In this document: positions 18,971 to 29,003 of the stretch, piece by piece | Layout of the letters: the number at the start of each line of letters is the position of its first letter | How positions within the stretch are numbered: the stretch's first letter is position 1 | Assembly (NCBI GenBank): GCA_965246885.1 | Contig: OZ251992.1 | Location: 3,418,671 to 3,482,670 of the forward strand | Origin: Abditibacterium sp. | GTDB taxonomy: Bacteria > Armatimonadota > Abditibacteriia > Abditibacteriales > Abditibacteriaceae | Length of the DNA: 64,000 nucleotides | Direction: 5' to 3' | The notes under the pieces: model-generated | Seen by the model: only the letters and a program-made list of their open reading frames with translations | The model's database searches: none | Told to the model about the DNA's origin: nothing | Translations under genes and position numbers: made by a program

Positions 18971-20446
18971 ATGACTCGTTTTGTCCTCCCGGCGCTCCTC
19001 GCGGGTGCTTTGCTCGCCGCCCCGCATCCTGCCCCCGCCGCTTCTGCGCCTGTTCCCTTTGCTCCGGCGCCGCTATTTAACATGGCGGATATATCGCTGC
19101 GCACGCTGCCCAACGGCGTGCGCTCCATTGTGAAACGCGCGCCGGGCAGTGACACGCTCTCCATTCAAGTGTGGGTGCGCGGCGGCAGCCGGAGCGAAGG
19201 GAAGAATGAAAGCGGCGCGGCGCACCTCGTCGAGACGTGTGCCGTGCGCGCCTCGAAGAACCAACCGACACGCGCGGTGGGCGAGGGCGGCTTGGCGGGC
19301 GCGCTCCGAGCGTTCGGGGGCGATGCGGGCGCACTGACTTCGCGCGACGCGACCTTCTTTTCGGCTACCGTCGCTCCCGGTTTTGCGGCGCAAGCGATGC
19401 ACGCTTTGGCCGATACCCTCGCGCAACCCGTCCTGACGGACGCGGCCATAGACGAGGCGAAGTTGCAGGTGGCCGACGACCTCGCGCGGCGTGCCTTTGA
19501 CCCCGTTGCGTCCGCGTCGGACTTGGCGTATGCGACGGCGTTCGGGCGGCATCCGTATCGCCGCGCCGCGTGGGGCGACGATAGCTCCGTTGCGGCGCTC
19601 GCGCCTTCGACGGTGCGCGCCTTTTACAACCGGATGTATGTCGGCGCCAACCTGACGGTGGTGCTCGTGGGCGACATCCCGGTGGCCAGCGCGCACGAGT
19701 TAATCCGCCAGAGTTTTGGCTCGCTCGCGCATGGCAAAGCGAACGTGCTTTCGTTCCCGACCGAGGCCCTGCCCAAAACGAGGCAAGCGTTTCGGCGCGC
19801 GACGCTGTCGCGCGATGCCGTTGCGCTCGCGTGGCGCTCGGCTCCGATTTCCAGCCCGCGCGACGTGGTGGCGATGGATACACTACTCGCGCTGTGGCGC
19901 GAGGGGGTGGCGCCCCAACTGCGGCAGAAGCTCCTGCGCGGTGGCCCCGATTCCGCCGATAACCCGCCGCTTGCGTCCGCGTATGAAGTGGACTTCCTGA
20001 CGCAACGCGATGCGGGGCTGTTCCTCATCACGCTCGCGGGGACGGGCGATAAGGAAGCCGCCGTCAAAGCCGTTTTGAGTGAAGTCGAACGCGCGCGGGT
20101 GGGCAACCTTTCTCCGACGGAAGTGGATGCCGCCAAGAGGTTGCTGCGCCAGCAATATATTCAGCAAGCCGAAAACCCGGCGGGCCAAGCCGGAAGTTTA
20201 GGGTTCTACGACAGCATCGCGGACTACCGCTTCGCCGTCAACTATCTGTCCTTGTGCGCGACGGTGACGCCCGCCGACTTGGAGCGCGTGGCCACCAAAT
20301 ACTTCGCGCCCTCGGCGGCCATCCGGGTGGAACTGTCGCCCGTCCCGCCTCAGCACGAACAACCCGAAATCCCCCGCCCCGGCGACCCGAACATCATCAC
20401 AACGGGGTTTGGGACGGGCGCGCAAACGATTGGAAGAGGGCGTTAG
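18971..20446 (+). CDS. Secreted M16 (pitrilysin-like) peptidase homologue with degenerate zinc motif
   Basis: Signal peptide; TLPNG, VWVRGGSRSE, GAAHLVET in place of HxxEH, HPYRR, VTPADLERVATKYF. Confidence 0.85.
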   Translation: MTRFVLPALLAGALLAAPHPAPAASAPVPFAPAPLFNMADISLRTLPNGVRSIVKRAPGSDTLSIQVWVRGGSRSEGKNESGAAHLVETCAVRASKNQPTRAVGEGGLAGALRAFGGDAGALTSRDATFFSATVAPGFAAQAMHALADTLAQPVLTDAAIDEAKLQVADDLARRAFDPVASASDLAYATAFGRHPYRRAAWGDDSSVAALAPSTVRAFYNRMYVGANLTVVLVGDIPVASAHELIRQSFGSLAHGKANVLSFPTEALPKTRQAFRRATLSRDAVALAWRSAPISSPRDVVAMDTLLALWREGVAPQLRQKLLRGGPDSADNPPLASAYEVDFLTQRDAGLFLITLAGTGDKEAAVKAVLSEVERARVGNLSPTEVDAAKRLLRQQYIQQAENPAGQAGSLGFYDSIADYRFAVNYLSLCATVTPADLERVATKYFAPSAAIRVELSPVPPQHEQPEIPRPGDPNIITTGFGTGAQTIGRGR

Positions 20447-20493
20447 CCCCGCTTGTTACTTTGTTGGAGCGGGGCTAACGCCCTCTTCCAATC
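20428..20493. repeat. 26-bp perfect inverted repeat (REP-like)
   Basis: gattggaagagggcgttagccccgct at 20428-20453 and its reverse complement at 20468-20493. Confidence 0.9.
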
Positions 20494-20521
20494 ATCCCAC
20501 CCACAAACCTCAGCGACACCC

Positions 20522-21907
20522 ATGAAACACCTCTATTTTCCTCTCCTCCTCGCCGTTGCGACGGCCTCTATCGCTGCGACGCCGCCCGCGCCGACGCGGG
20601 TGCAAATAGTCTCGAAGACCGAGCGCATCGAGACGCTCCCCAACGGCTTGCGCTTCGTGTCGAAGAGCGACCGCACCGCGCCGAGGGTGGCCTTATCCCT
20701 CCAAGTGCGCGTGGGCGCGAGCGATGAGACGGCGCCAACAGCTGGTTGGCGGCGCTTGTTGGCCGGGGCGGTGGCGCGCGGCGTTCCGAGCAAAATGGGC
20801 GGGAGCGGGGCGGGGGCGCCAGTTCTTGCGGAATCTCTCAACGACACTCAAGGCATCGCGCGCTTGGCCGAGCAGTTTGGCGGGAGCGCCGGGGTATCGG
20901 TCGGGGACGACGCCATCGAGTTTTGGGCGACTGGCGATTCGGCGCACGCAGCGCAGTTGCTGCGCTTGCTGGTCGGGATGTGGCAGTCACCGCGCCTGTC
21001 GGACGCCGACATCGCGGCGGCGCGCACCTCGCAGGGCAATCAGTTGGACGCCCAAGACCTCGACTTGGCCGGTCAAACGAGCCAAGCGCTGCGCACGCAA
21101 GAGTTCGTGGACGCGAGCGGCGCGGCGGTGAGCTACGGCTTGGGCGAGATAGGCACGGCGCAATCACTGAAGAACCTCTCGCCCGATAAGGTGCGCGACT
21201 TGGCGGCGAGGGTGGCGTCGTCCCCCGCGACACTCAGCGCAGTGGGCGATGTGGATGCTCCGAACCTGCGGGCGGTGCTGGCCGAACTACGTCGGGCGAC
21301 GTTTGTGCCCGCGAGCGCACCGACGTTCGCGCCGCTCAAGACGGGCAAACCGGCGTTCGTGGTGCGCGACGTGCCGACACCGACGGCGTGGGTGTTTCTG
21401 TCGTTCCCGTTGGGACGCGTGTCGCCCGATGACGCTCCGGCGCTACGCCTTCTGAGCGCGGCGCTATCGGACGTGCCCAATGCACGCTTGGCGAGGCGGT
21501 TGCTGTCTGGCACGCTCGTGGAGGGCGCGCCCGCCGCGCTTTCGCTGTCGAGCCAGTTCGTGTTTCGGCGCGACGGCAGCGAACTGCTGGTTTCGGCGCA
21601 GACATCGCCCTCGCGCGTGGACAAAGTGAAAAACGCCCTCATTGAGGAAGTGTCGCGCCTCAAGAGCGCGCCGCTTTCGGCGCGTGAGTTTGACGCGGCG
21701 CGCAACTTCGCGCGGGGAGACTGGGCAGTCGCGCGGCAAAGTTTGCGCGACCGCGCCTTTTTGGTCGGGCAAAGCGCATCACTCATGGGCGCGCCCGATG
21801 GGACATGGCCCGCGCGTTTGGCGCGCGTGACGCCCGCGAGCGCCCAAGCCGTCGCCCGCCGCACGCTCGGCTCCTACGCAGTCGCTCTCGTGATGCCCCA
21901 TTCGTAA
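20522..21907 (+). CDS. Secreted M16 peptidase homologue, inactive-type subunit
   Basis: Signal peptide; TLPNGLR, VRVGASDE, C-terminal VTPASAQAVARR; no HxxEH. Confidence 0.8.
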   Translation: MKHLYFPLLLAVATASIAATPPAPTRVQIVSKTERIETLPNGLRFVSKSDRTAPRVALSLQVRVGASDETAPTAGWRRLLAGAVARGVPSKMGGSGAGAPVLAESLNDTQGIARLAEQFGGSAGVSVGDDAIEFWATGDSAHAAQLLRLLVGMWQSPRLSDADIAAARTSQGNQLDAQDLDLAGQTSQALRTQEFVDASGAAVSYGLGEIGTAQSLKNLSPDKVRDLAARVASSPATLSAVGDVDAPNLRAVLAELRRATFVPASAPTFAPLKTGKPAFVVRDVPTPTAWVFLSFPLGRVSPDDAPALRLLSAALSDVPNARLARRLLSGTLVEGAPAALSLSSQFVFRRDGSELLVSAQTSPSRVDKVKNALIEEVSRLKSAPLSAREFDAARNFARGDWAVARQSLRDRAFLVGQSASLMGAPDGTWPARLARVTPASAQAVARRTLGSYAVALVMPHS

Positions 21908-21949
21908 GCGGTTGCGGTGCATTAGGTGGGCGTTCCTTACACTGGCGGG

Positions 21950-22828
21950 GTGACTCCCATTTTCAATTCGGTGAACACGGGCTTTTCGGTGCGCGGCGGG
22001 CAACGCGATTCCGTCGCCTCGTCGCTGCGCGAAATCTGGCGCTTCCGCTCGCTCATCTTGGAACTCGTGCGGCGCGACTTGAAGGTGCGCTACAAAAACC
22101 GCGTCGGCGGCATGCTGTGGAGCCTGTTCCCGCCGCTCATGCAAGTGCTCACCATCACGCTGATGGTGAAGTTCTTTCTAACGCAAATCAACAATTACTC
22201 GGCCTATCTGATGACGGTGATGTTCCTCTGGCAGTTCTTCCAAAACACCGTGCTGGATTCGTCGCAGGCGATGATCACGAACGCGGCGCTCGCGCGCAAG
22301 ATTTACTTCCCGCGCGGCGTTTTGCCGCTCGTGACGCTGGTTTCCAACCTTATCCACTTCGGCATCGCGTTTGTGTTCATCCTCGTGTATCTGCTGGTGC
22401 TCAATCACGGGCGCGTCGTGCTACCGCAGTTCTTCTGGCTGGCGCCGTTTTGCGTTGTGGGGCTGGGCGCGTTCGGGCTGGGGATGGGTTATCTGCTGGC
22501 GTACATGACGACGCTGTATGACGACGTGCGCTTTTTGAGCGTGACGCTGTTGGGACTGTTCTTTTATCTGGTGCCAGTGCTCTATCCCATCGAGCGCGTC
22601 GCGGCGCAACCGCACATTTACCCGTTCTATATGCTCAACCCCGCTGCCGTGTGGCTGGTGTGCTTTCAGCGCGCCTTTTTGCCGCCCATCGTCCAACCGG
22701 GCGGGCCGCCGCCCGTTCCGATGCCGCTCGAATGGATGGGCGTGGCGACGCTCATCAGTGCCGCCACGCTGTTCCTTGGCTTTTGGGTGTTCGAGCGATC
22801 CAAGTGGATGATGATGGAGAGGTTGTAA
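21950..22828 (+). CDS. wzm: ABC-2 polysaccharide exporter permease (Wzm/TagG-like)
   Basis: LVRRDLKVRYK...GMLW, KIYFPR, PVLYP, LNP; about 6 TM segments; start uncertain. Confidence 0.88.
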   Translation: MTPIFNSVNTGFSVRGGQRDSVASSLREIWRFRSLILELVRRDLKVRYKNRVGGMLWSLFPPLMQVLTITLMVKFFLTQINNYSAYLMTVMFLWQFFQNTVLDSSQAMITNAALARKIYFPRGVLPLVTLVSNLIHFGIAFVFILVYLLVLNHGRVVLPQFFWLAPFCVVGLGAFGLGMGYLLAYMTTLYDDVRFLSVTLLGLFFYLVPVLYPIERVAAQPHIYPFYMLNPAAVWLVCFQRAFLPPIVQPGGPPPVPMPLEWMGVATLISAATLFLGFWVFERSKWMMMERL

Positions 22829-22833
22829 CCGCT

Positions 22834-23616
22834 ATGGAATACGCCATCGAACTGGAGAACGTCTCCAAAGAATTCGTCGTCATCCACCGCGAGCGCACGG
22901 TCAAGTCGGCGGTCATGCGCCTCTTGATGTGGCACCCGCCACGCAAAGAGCGGATGAAGGCGCTCGAAAACGTCTCCTTCGCCGTTCCCAAAGGGCAAAC
23001 TGTCGGCGTGGTCGGCGCCAATGGGCAGGGCAAGTCCACGTTGCTCGCCATGCTCGCGCGCATTTATCGGCCCACGTCCGGCACCATCACCGTGCGCGGG
23101 CGCATCGCCTCGCTGCTTGAACTCGAAGCCGGGTTCCAACCGGAATTTACCGGCTACGAGAACATCTATCTCAACGGCGTTATCATGGGCCTGACCCACG
23201 CCGAGTTGGACGCGCAACTGGAAAACATCACGCAGTTCGCGGGCGTGCGCGACCAGCTAACGCAACAAGTCAAGCACTATTCGTCCGGCATGAAGGCGCG
23301 CTTGGGGTTCGCCATTGCCGCGCACGTCGAGCCGGATGTGTTGCTGGTGGACGAAGTGCTGGCCGTTGGCGATGCGCAGTTCCAAGAGCGCTGTTTCCAA
23401 AAGATAGAGGAGTTCAAGCGCGACGGCGTCACCATTTTCGTCGTCTCGCACGACCTGCGCGCCCTTCGCCGCGTGTGCGACCGCGTCTTGTGGATAGAAG
23501 CGCACCGCGTCAAGATGGATGGCCCCGCCAAGCAGGTGTTGGACGCTTACGAAGCGGGCTGGGAGTCGCCCGCTTCCGCCAACGGCGCGGCGACGCGGCA
23601 ATCAGTGCCCACCTAA
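22834..23616 (+). CDS. wzt: ABC polysaccharide exporter ATPase (Wzt/TagH-like), without C-terminal carbohydrate-binding domain
   Basis: GANGQGKST, YSSGMKARLGF, DEVLAVGDAQF, VSHD. Confidence 0.9.
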   Translation: MEYAIELENVSKEFVVIHRERTVKSAVMRLLMWHPPRKERMKALENVSFAVPKGQTVGVVGANGQGKSTLLAMLARIYRPTSGTITVRGRIASLLELEAGFQPEFTGYENIYLNGVIMGLTHAELDAQLENITQFAGVRDQLTQQVKHYSSGMKARLGFAIAAHVEPDVLLVDEVLAVGDAQFQERCFQKIEEFKRDGVTIFVVSHDLRALRRVCDRVLWIEAHRVKMDGPAKQVLDAYEAGWESPASANGAATRQSVPT

Positions 23617-23639
23617 CCCCCCACCCCCAATCTGCCTAC

Positions 23640-25193
23640 CTACGCCGCAGTGCGAATGGCGGCTTCAACGGCGGCAAACAGGCGCTCTGATTCGACGGGC
23701 TTGGGCAGAAAATCCCGAAACCCGGCGTCGCGGGCGCGGTCGCGCTCGCCGGGGGACGCGAAGCCGGTGAGCGCGATGGCGGGAATGGCGAGGCGGCGGT
23801 CGTGGAGGGCTTGCAAGAAGTCGTAGCCGTCGTTGTCGGGGATACCGATGTCGCACAGCGCCACGTGCGGGCGCCACGTCGCAACTTTTTCGAGCGCTTC
23901 GGCGACGCTCGCGGCGACCTGCACCTGCGCGCCGCGCGAAGCGAGAGTCAGACGCATCCACTCGCGCGCTTCGACTTGGTCGTCTACACACAGAACTTTG
24001 ATGATTGCCCAGTTGAGGGCGGTGGGTTCGTCGGCCCGTTGCAGGGGCACGCACTCTCCGGGATCGAGGGACAATGGCAACTCAGCCCGGAAAGTGGTGC
24101 CTTGGCCCACGCCTTCGCTCCACACGCTCACGCGCCCGCCGTGCAACTCCACCACGTTTTTTACGATCGCCAACCCCAACCCCAAGCCGCCGTAGCGCCG
24201 CGTGGTGGAGCCGTCGGCTTGACGAAAACGGTCGAAGACAAAGGGCAAGAACTCTGGGTCAATGCCCGCGCCTTCGTCGCGCACTTCCAAAACAGCCCAC
24301 TCGCTTCCGTCGCGTGGTGCCACGCAGGTCTTGACCGTGATGGTGGCGCCGTCGGGGGAGAATTTAATGGCGTTGGAGATAAGGTTCCACGTCACTTGTT
24401 GCAAGCGCATCGGGTCGCCGCATACCAAGGGCGCGTCTGCGGCTTGCAAGTCGAGCCGCACCCCCTTGGCCGCCGCCGAGGGCATCACCGCTTCGGTCGC
24501 GGTGCGAACGATCGAGCTAAGGTCGAGTTCGAGGGTTTCCAAACGGAAGTTGCCCGCCACGATGCGGGACACGTCCAGCAAATCCTCGATGAGTTGCGCC
24601 TGAGTTTTGGCGTTGCGCTCGATGACCACGAGGGCGTGATCGGTAGTTTCGGCGTCGAGTTGGTTGCCGCGCAGGAGGCTTGTCCAGCCCATAATGGCGT
24701 TGAGAGGCGTGCGCAGTTCGTGGGACAAAGTGGCGAGAAATTCGTCCTTGGCGCGATTGGCGGCTTCGGCTTCGGCGCGCTGAATGTGGGCGCGTTCGAG
24801 TTCGAGGCGCGTGGTTTCGTTGCGCTTGCGCTCGATGGAATAGCGGATGGAGCGTTCGAGCAGTTGGGCGTCGGTGGTGTCTTTGCGAAGGTAATCCGCC
24901 GCGCCGCGCTGAATGGCTTCGAGGGCGACATTCTCGTCGGAAAGACCGGTGAGCACAATCACCGGCATAGGCGGCGCGAGACTTTGCACTGCCTCGAAAT
25001 TACCCAATCCCTGTCCATCCGGTACGCTCAAATCCACCAGTGCCACGTCGAAAGCGCCGCCCGCAAGGGCTTCTCGCGCCTGCGCGAGGGTGGCGACGTG
25101 GCAAAGTTCCGGGCTGGCGCCAGGAATTTCTTCCAGAGCCGCTTCCACTAAGAGGGCGTCGGTGGGGTTATCTTCTAAAAGCAACAAGCGCAT
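23640..25193 (-). CDS. Hybrid histidine kinase (REC-HisKA-HATPase-REC)
   Basis: LLLEDNPTD N-terminal receiver, FLATLSHELRTPL, NLISNAIKF, GGLGLGL, C-terminal receiver. Confidence 0.93.
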   Translation of the reverse strand: MRLLLLEDNPTDALLVEAALEEIPGASPELCHVATLAQAREALAGGAFDVALVDLSVPDGQGLGNFEAVQSLAPPMPVIVLTGLSDENVALEAIQRGAADYLRKDTTDAQLLERSIRYSIERKRNETTRLELERAHIQRAEAEAANRAKDEFLATLSHELRTPLNAIMGWTSLLRGNQLDAETTDHALVVIERNAKTQAQLIEDLLDVSRIVAGNFRLETLELDLSSIVRTATEAVMPSAAAKGVRLDLQAADAPLVCGDPMRLQQVTWNLISNAIKFSPDGATITVKTCVAPRDGSEWAVLEVRDEGAGIDPEFLPFVFDRFRQADGSTTRRYGGLGLGLAIVKNVVELHGGRVSVWSEGVGQGTTFRAELPLSLDPGECVPLQRADEPTALNWAIIKVLCVDDQVEAREWMRLTLASRGAQVQVAASVAEALEKVATWRPHVALCDIGIPDNDGYDFLQALHDRRLAIPAIALTGFASPGERDRARDAGFRDFLPKPVESERLFAAVEAAIRTAA

Positions 25194-25211
25194 AAACGAC
25201 GGGGGTGGGCT

Positions 25212-25643
25212 TTATTGGGCGGGGGGAAGTAGGACGATGGAGAACCAGAAGGTCTCGATGGCGCGCACGACATGGGCGAACTGCTCGAAGTCCACCGGCT
25301 TGGAAACGTAGCAGTTGGCGTGCAAACCGTAAGCGCGCAGGATGTCCTCTTCGGCTTTACTGGTGGTGAGCACGACGACGGGAATGCGCTTGAGGTCTTC
25401 GTCTTCTTTGATTTCCGACAAGACTTCGCGCCCGTCTTTGCGCGGTAGGTTGAGGTCGAGTAGAATCAGGTCGGGGCGAATGGCGTCCTCGAAGGGCGCG
25501 GCGCGGCGTAGAAAGTCGAGCGCTTCGACGCCATCGGACACCACGTGCAATTTGTTGAGCACTTTGGCGTGTTCCAAGGCTTCTTGGGCCAGAATGACAT
25601 CGGTGGGCGAATCCTCGACAAGCAATATATCCACTGGTTTAAT
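25212..25643 (-). CDS. Single-domain response regulator (Rcp1/CheY-like)
   Basis: ILLVEDSPTD, PDLILLDLNLPRKDG, VVLTTS, ANCYVSKP, ETFW; start ambiguous (ATT 25643 or GTG 25634). Confidence 0.9.
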   Translation of the reverse strand: MKPVDILLVEDSPTDVILAQEALEHAKVLNKLHVVSDGVEALDFLRRAAPFEDAIRPDLILLDLNLPRKDGREVLSEIKEDEDLKRIPVVVLTTSKAEEDILRAYGLHANCYVSKPVDFEQFAHVVRAIETFWFSIVLLPPAQ

Positions 25644-25859
25644 AATTGTCTCCTCGGCGCCGCAAAAGGGCGCAGTTGACACGCCCTCTCTTTTGGGTGC
25701 GCATAGTTTCGCTTTTTTGGCGCCGCCGGGGGCACCGCCGGAGTAAATCATCCCCTCGCCGCCATCGGCCTTGTGTCTGCCGCCGTCGGCGAGGGGATGA
25801 CGGGAGGCGCTCTTCGCGTTTGGGATGGCGGTCACGCGACCCGCGCCGTCCGCCGCGCG

Positions 25860-27413
25860 TCAGCCGACGCTCCCGGCCAGTTCGCGGACGGCGGGGGCGC
25901 CGTCGCCCTCGAAGTCGGGCACCTCATCGGGAGCGCTTTCGGGAACAAAGAACGAGAACGTCGTGCCCTTGCCCACTTCGCTTTCGACCCAAATGCGCCC
26001 GCCGTGCCGCTCGACGATCTTTTTGACGATGGCGAGGCCGATGCCCGTGCCGGGGTATTCGGTGCGCGTGTGAAGGCGCTGAAACATCACAAAGATGCGC
26101 TCGAAGTATTGCGGCTCGATGCCGGGGCCTTGGTCGGACACCGAAATCGTCCACCCCGCCCCGCGCGCCTCATCGTCGGTGGCGACGGACTTGACGGCAA
26201 TCTGCGGCGGCCCCTCGCCCCGGAACTTGATAGCGTTGGACAGCAGGTTTTGCATCACCTGTTCGAGTTGCCCCGCATCGCCACGAATGGTTGGAAGCGG
26301 GCCGCACTCGACAACTGCGCCGCTTTGGGCGACGGCGGCGCTCAAGTTTTGCAGGGCAGCACCGACGACGACGTTTAAGTCCACATCGGCGAACGGCTTG
26401 CCTTTGGTGCCCACGCGCGAATACGCGAGCAGGTCGTGGATGAGGTTCTGCATCCTTTGGGCACCCTCGACGGCGTGGTCAATGAACTGGTCGGCGCGTG
26501 CGTCCAGTTTGCCCTCGTAGCGGCGCTTCAAGACGCCAACACAACCCGCGACGGCGCGCAAAGGCTCTTGCAAATCGTGCGAGGCGACGTAAGCGAACTG
26601 CTCCAATTCGCCGTTGGAGCGGCGCAGTTCGCCCACCACACGCTGCAACTTTTCTTCGGCCTCGCGGCGCTGGGCGACCTCGGCTTCAAGGCCGCTACGA
26701 GTGCGTTGCAATTGCCCGTTGGCACGCTCCAAGTCGGCGTAAGCCGCGCTCGATTCGCGCACCGCGCGGGCGCACACCGACGACAGCAGCAGCGTCAGCG
26801 TGAGGGCGAAGGCGCTACCAATCCACAGCGTCAGTTCGGTCAAGCGTTGCCAACGATTCTGCTCGCTGATGCGACTGCGAAGCAAGCCCGATTCCACTGC
26901 GTCGAACTCATCGAGCGTGGCGCGCACGTCGTTCAAGGCGAAGATGCGCCTCGTAATCGAAGCGTGACCCGCCCTTTGCAGGGCGTGCTCCATCGTTTCG
27001 GTGGGGGTGCGGTCGCGCACGACCCCCGCGACGACATTCATATACACACCCTTTTTGCGGTGAGCTTCGTCCAAGTGGCGCCCTTGTTGGGGGTTGTCAG
27101 CCACGAGGCGCCGCAGTTCATTGTAATCTCTGTCAAAGCGGCGTTTGCCGTCTTCAATGCTTTGGCGGTGCTCTGGCTTGCCGTCCACGATGAGGGCGCG
27201 CACCCCGTTGTCTATGATGAACATGTCGTCGCGCAAGCGTTGCGAGTCCAACAGCACCTGATACGTGTGCGCCTTCCAGCCATCGGCCTCACCCAAGCGG
27301 TGGAAGTTCCACAGCGCAAAACCAAGCAGTGCCAGCAAGACTACAAGCATCGCCCCAAACGAGCGCACCAAGTTGCGGGACAGCTTGTTCAAAGAGGGAG
27401 TGGCTTGAGTCAT
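25860..27413 (-). CDS. CHASE3-domain sensor histidine kinase
   Basis: TM, WKAHTYQVL..LRRLVADNPQQ (CHASE3), TM, FAYVASHDLQEPLR, FQRLH..YPGTGIGL. Confidence 0.92.
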   Translation of the reverse strand: MTQATPSLNKLSRNLVRSFGAMLVVLLALLGFALWNFHRLGEADGWKAHTYQVLLDSQRLRDDMFIIDNGVRALIVDGKPEHRQSIEDGKRRFDRDYNELRRLVADNPQQGRHLDEAHRKKGVYMNVVAGVVRDRTPTETMEHALQRAGHASITRRIFALNDVRATLDEFDAVESGLLRSRISEQNRWQRLTELTLWIGSAFALTLTLLLSSVCARAVRESSAAYADLERANGQLQRTRSGLEAEVAQRREAEEKLQRVVGELRRSNGELEQFAYVASHDLQEPLRAVAGCVGVLKRRYEGKLDARADQFIDHAVEGAQRMQNLIHDLLAYSRVGTKGKPFADVDLNVVVGAALQNLSAAVAQSGAVVECGPLPTIRGDAGQLEQVMQNLLSNAIKFRGEGPPQIAVKSVATDDEARGAGWTISVSDQGPGIEPQYFERIFVMFQRLHTRTEYPGTGIGLAIVKKIVERHGGRIWVESEVGKGTTFSFFVPESAPDEVPDFEGDGAPAVRELAGSVG

Positions 27414-27512
27414 GGCATCAAGAAAAGAAGGGAAGGTTTTATCTCGGATGAGAAAGTGTGACAAGTGGCGGCGCCCTCCGCGCCGCCGCTTCCCCATGCC
27501 AAACTGCGCCCC

Positions 27513-28991
27513 ATGAAAATTTCTCTCTCGCTTGCGGCGCCCCTTGAAGTTTCTACTCCCTGCCTCCTGCTCCCCATCTGGAGCGACGAGCCGCTCACGG
27601 GCGTGGGGACGGCGCTGGATGTGCAATTAGGTGGCCTACTCGCGGAAGTCGTGGCGCAGGACGGCTTCAAAGCGGGCGTGGGCGAGTCGCGGGTGGTGCA
27701 CACGCGTGGCCAAAGCGCGGCGCGGCTGGTACTTTTGGGCATCGGCAAGCGCGAGGAGTTCTCGCTTGACCGCTTTCGCAAAGCTCTTGTCAAAGGCGCC
27801 CGCGCTGTGCGCGCCCTCAAGAAAGCGGAGTTCGCCCTCGCGCTTCCACCCGTAGAAAGCGATAAAGTCGCCCTTGTCGGCGCGGCAACAGAAGCCATCG
27901 AGTTGGGGCTGATGCAGTTCACGGACTTCAAGAAAGGCGAGCATTTCGCGGTCGAGAGTGCCACGATCCTGCTGCCCGAAGGCGCCGACGAGGGCGCGGC
28001 GCAAGCGGCTTTGGAGCGCGCGCAAACCATGAGCCGCGCCAACGCGCGGGCGCGCGCCTTGGTCAATCAGCCCTCCAACCTGAAAACCCCGCAGTCCATT
28101 GCCGATGCTGCCATGCGTATTGGCGAGGAAGCGGGTTTGCGCGTCGAAGTGTGGGACGAAGCGCGCATTCAAGCCGAACGGATGGGCGCGCTGTGGGGCG
28201 TGGGCATGGGCAGCGACCATCCGCCGCGCTTTATCGTGATGGAATACGCCCCGCCCGGAACCGAAGCGGACGCGCCCATTGCACTTGTCGGCAAAGGAAT
28301 GAGCTTCGATACCGGCGGCTATTCGCTCAAGACTTCGACCGGGATGGAAGAAATGAAGGACGACATGGCGGGCGCGGCTGTTGTGTTGGGCGCCATGAGC
28401 GCGCTGAAAGAGTTGGGCGTTTCCAAGCGCGTTTTAGGCGTGGTCGCTTCGGCGGAAAACATGGTGTCGGGCAATGCGCAACGCCCCGGCGACATCGTGA
28501 CCGCCCGCGATGGCACGACCATCGAAGTGCTGAACACCGACGCCGAAGGGCGCTTGATTTTGGCCGATGCGCTCGTGTGGACGGGCGAGCAGAACCCGTC
28601 GCTGGTCGTGGACTTTGCTACGCTCACCGGCGCCATTGGCATCGCCTTGGGACAAGAGGGCGCGGGGCTGTTTTGCAACGACGACGCCCTCGCGCGCGGC
28701 TTGGAAGACGCGGGATTGCAGACGGGGGAGAAGATCTGGCGCTTTCCGTTGTGGGAGGAATACGACGACTACATGAAGGGCACGGCCTCGGACTTGAAGA
28801 ACATTGGCCCGGAGCGCCGCGCCGGTTCCATCGCCGCCGCCATCTTTTTGCGCCACTTCGTGCCCAAGGGCACGCCTTGGGCGCATCTGGACATCGCCGC
28901 CGTCGCGCACGTGCGCGACGCGCGCCTCCTGACTGAGCGCGGCGCGACCGGTTTTGGCGTGCGGCTGATTCTGGAGTATTTGCGCTCGTAA
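27513..28991 (+). CDS. pepA: Leucyl aminopeptidase (M17)
   Basis: VGKGMSFDTGG, MKDDMAGAA, NTDAEGRLILAD, ATLTGA, WAHLDIA. Confidence 0.95.
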   Translation: MKISLSLAAPLEVSTPCLLLPIWSDEPLTGVGTALDVQLGGLLAEVVAQDGFKAGVGESRVVHTRGQSAARLVLLGIGKREEFSLDRFRKALVKGARAVRALKKAEFALALPPVESDKVALVGAATEAIELGLMQFTDFKKGEHFAVESATILLPEGADEGAAQAALERAQTMSRANARARALVNQPSNLKTPQSIADAAMRIGEEAGLRVEVWDEARIQAERMGALWGVGMGSDHPPRFIVMEYAPPGTEADAPIALVGKGMSFDTGGYSLKTSTGMEEMKDDMAGAAVVLGAMSALKELGVSKRVLGVVASAENMVSGNAQRPGDIVTARDGTTIEVLNTDAEGRLILADALVWTGEQNPSLVVDFATLTGAIGIALGQEGAGLFCNDDALARGLEDAGLQTGEKIWRFPLWEEYDDYMKGTASDLKNIGPERRAGSIAAAIFLRHFVPKGTPWAHLDIAAVAHVRDARLLTERGATGFGVRLILEYLRS

Positions 28992-29003
28992 GCGGAGAAA
29001 ACC

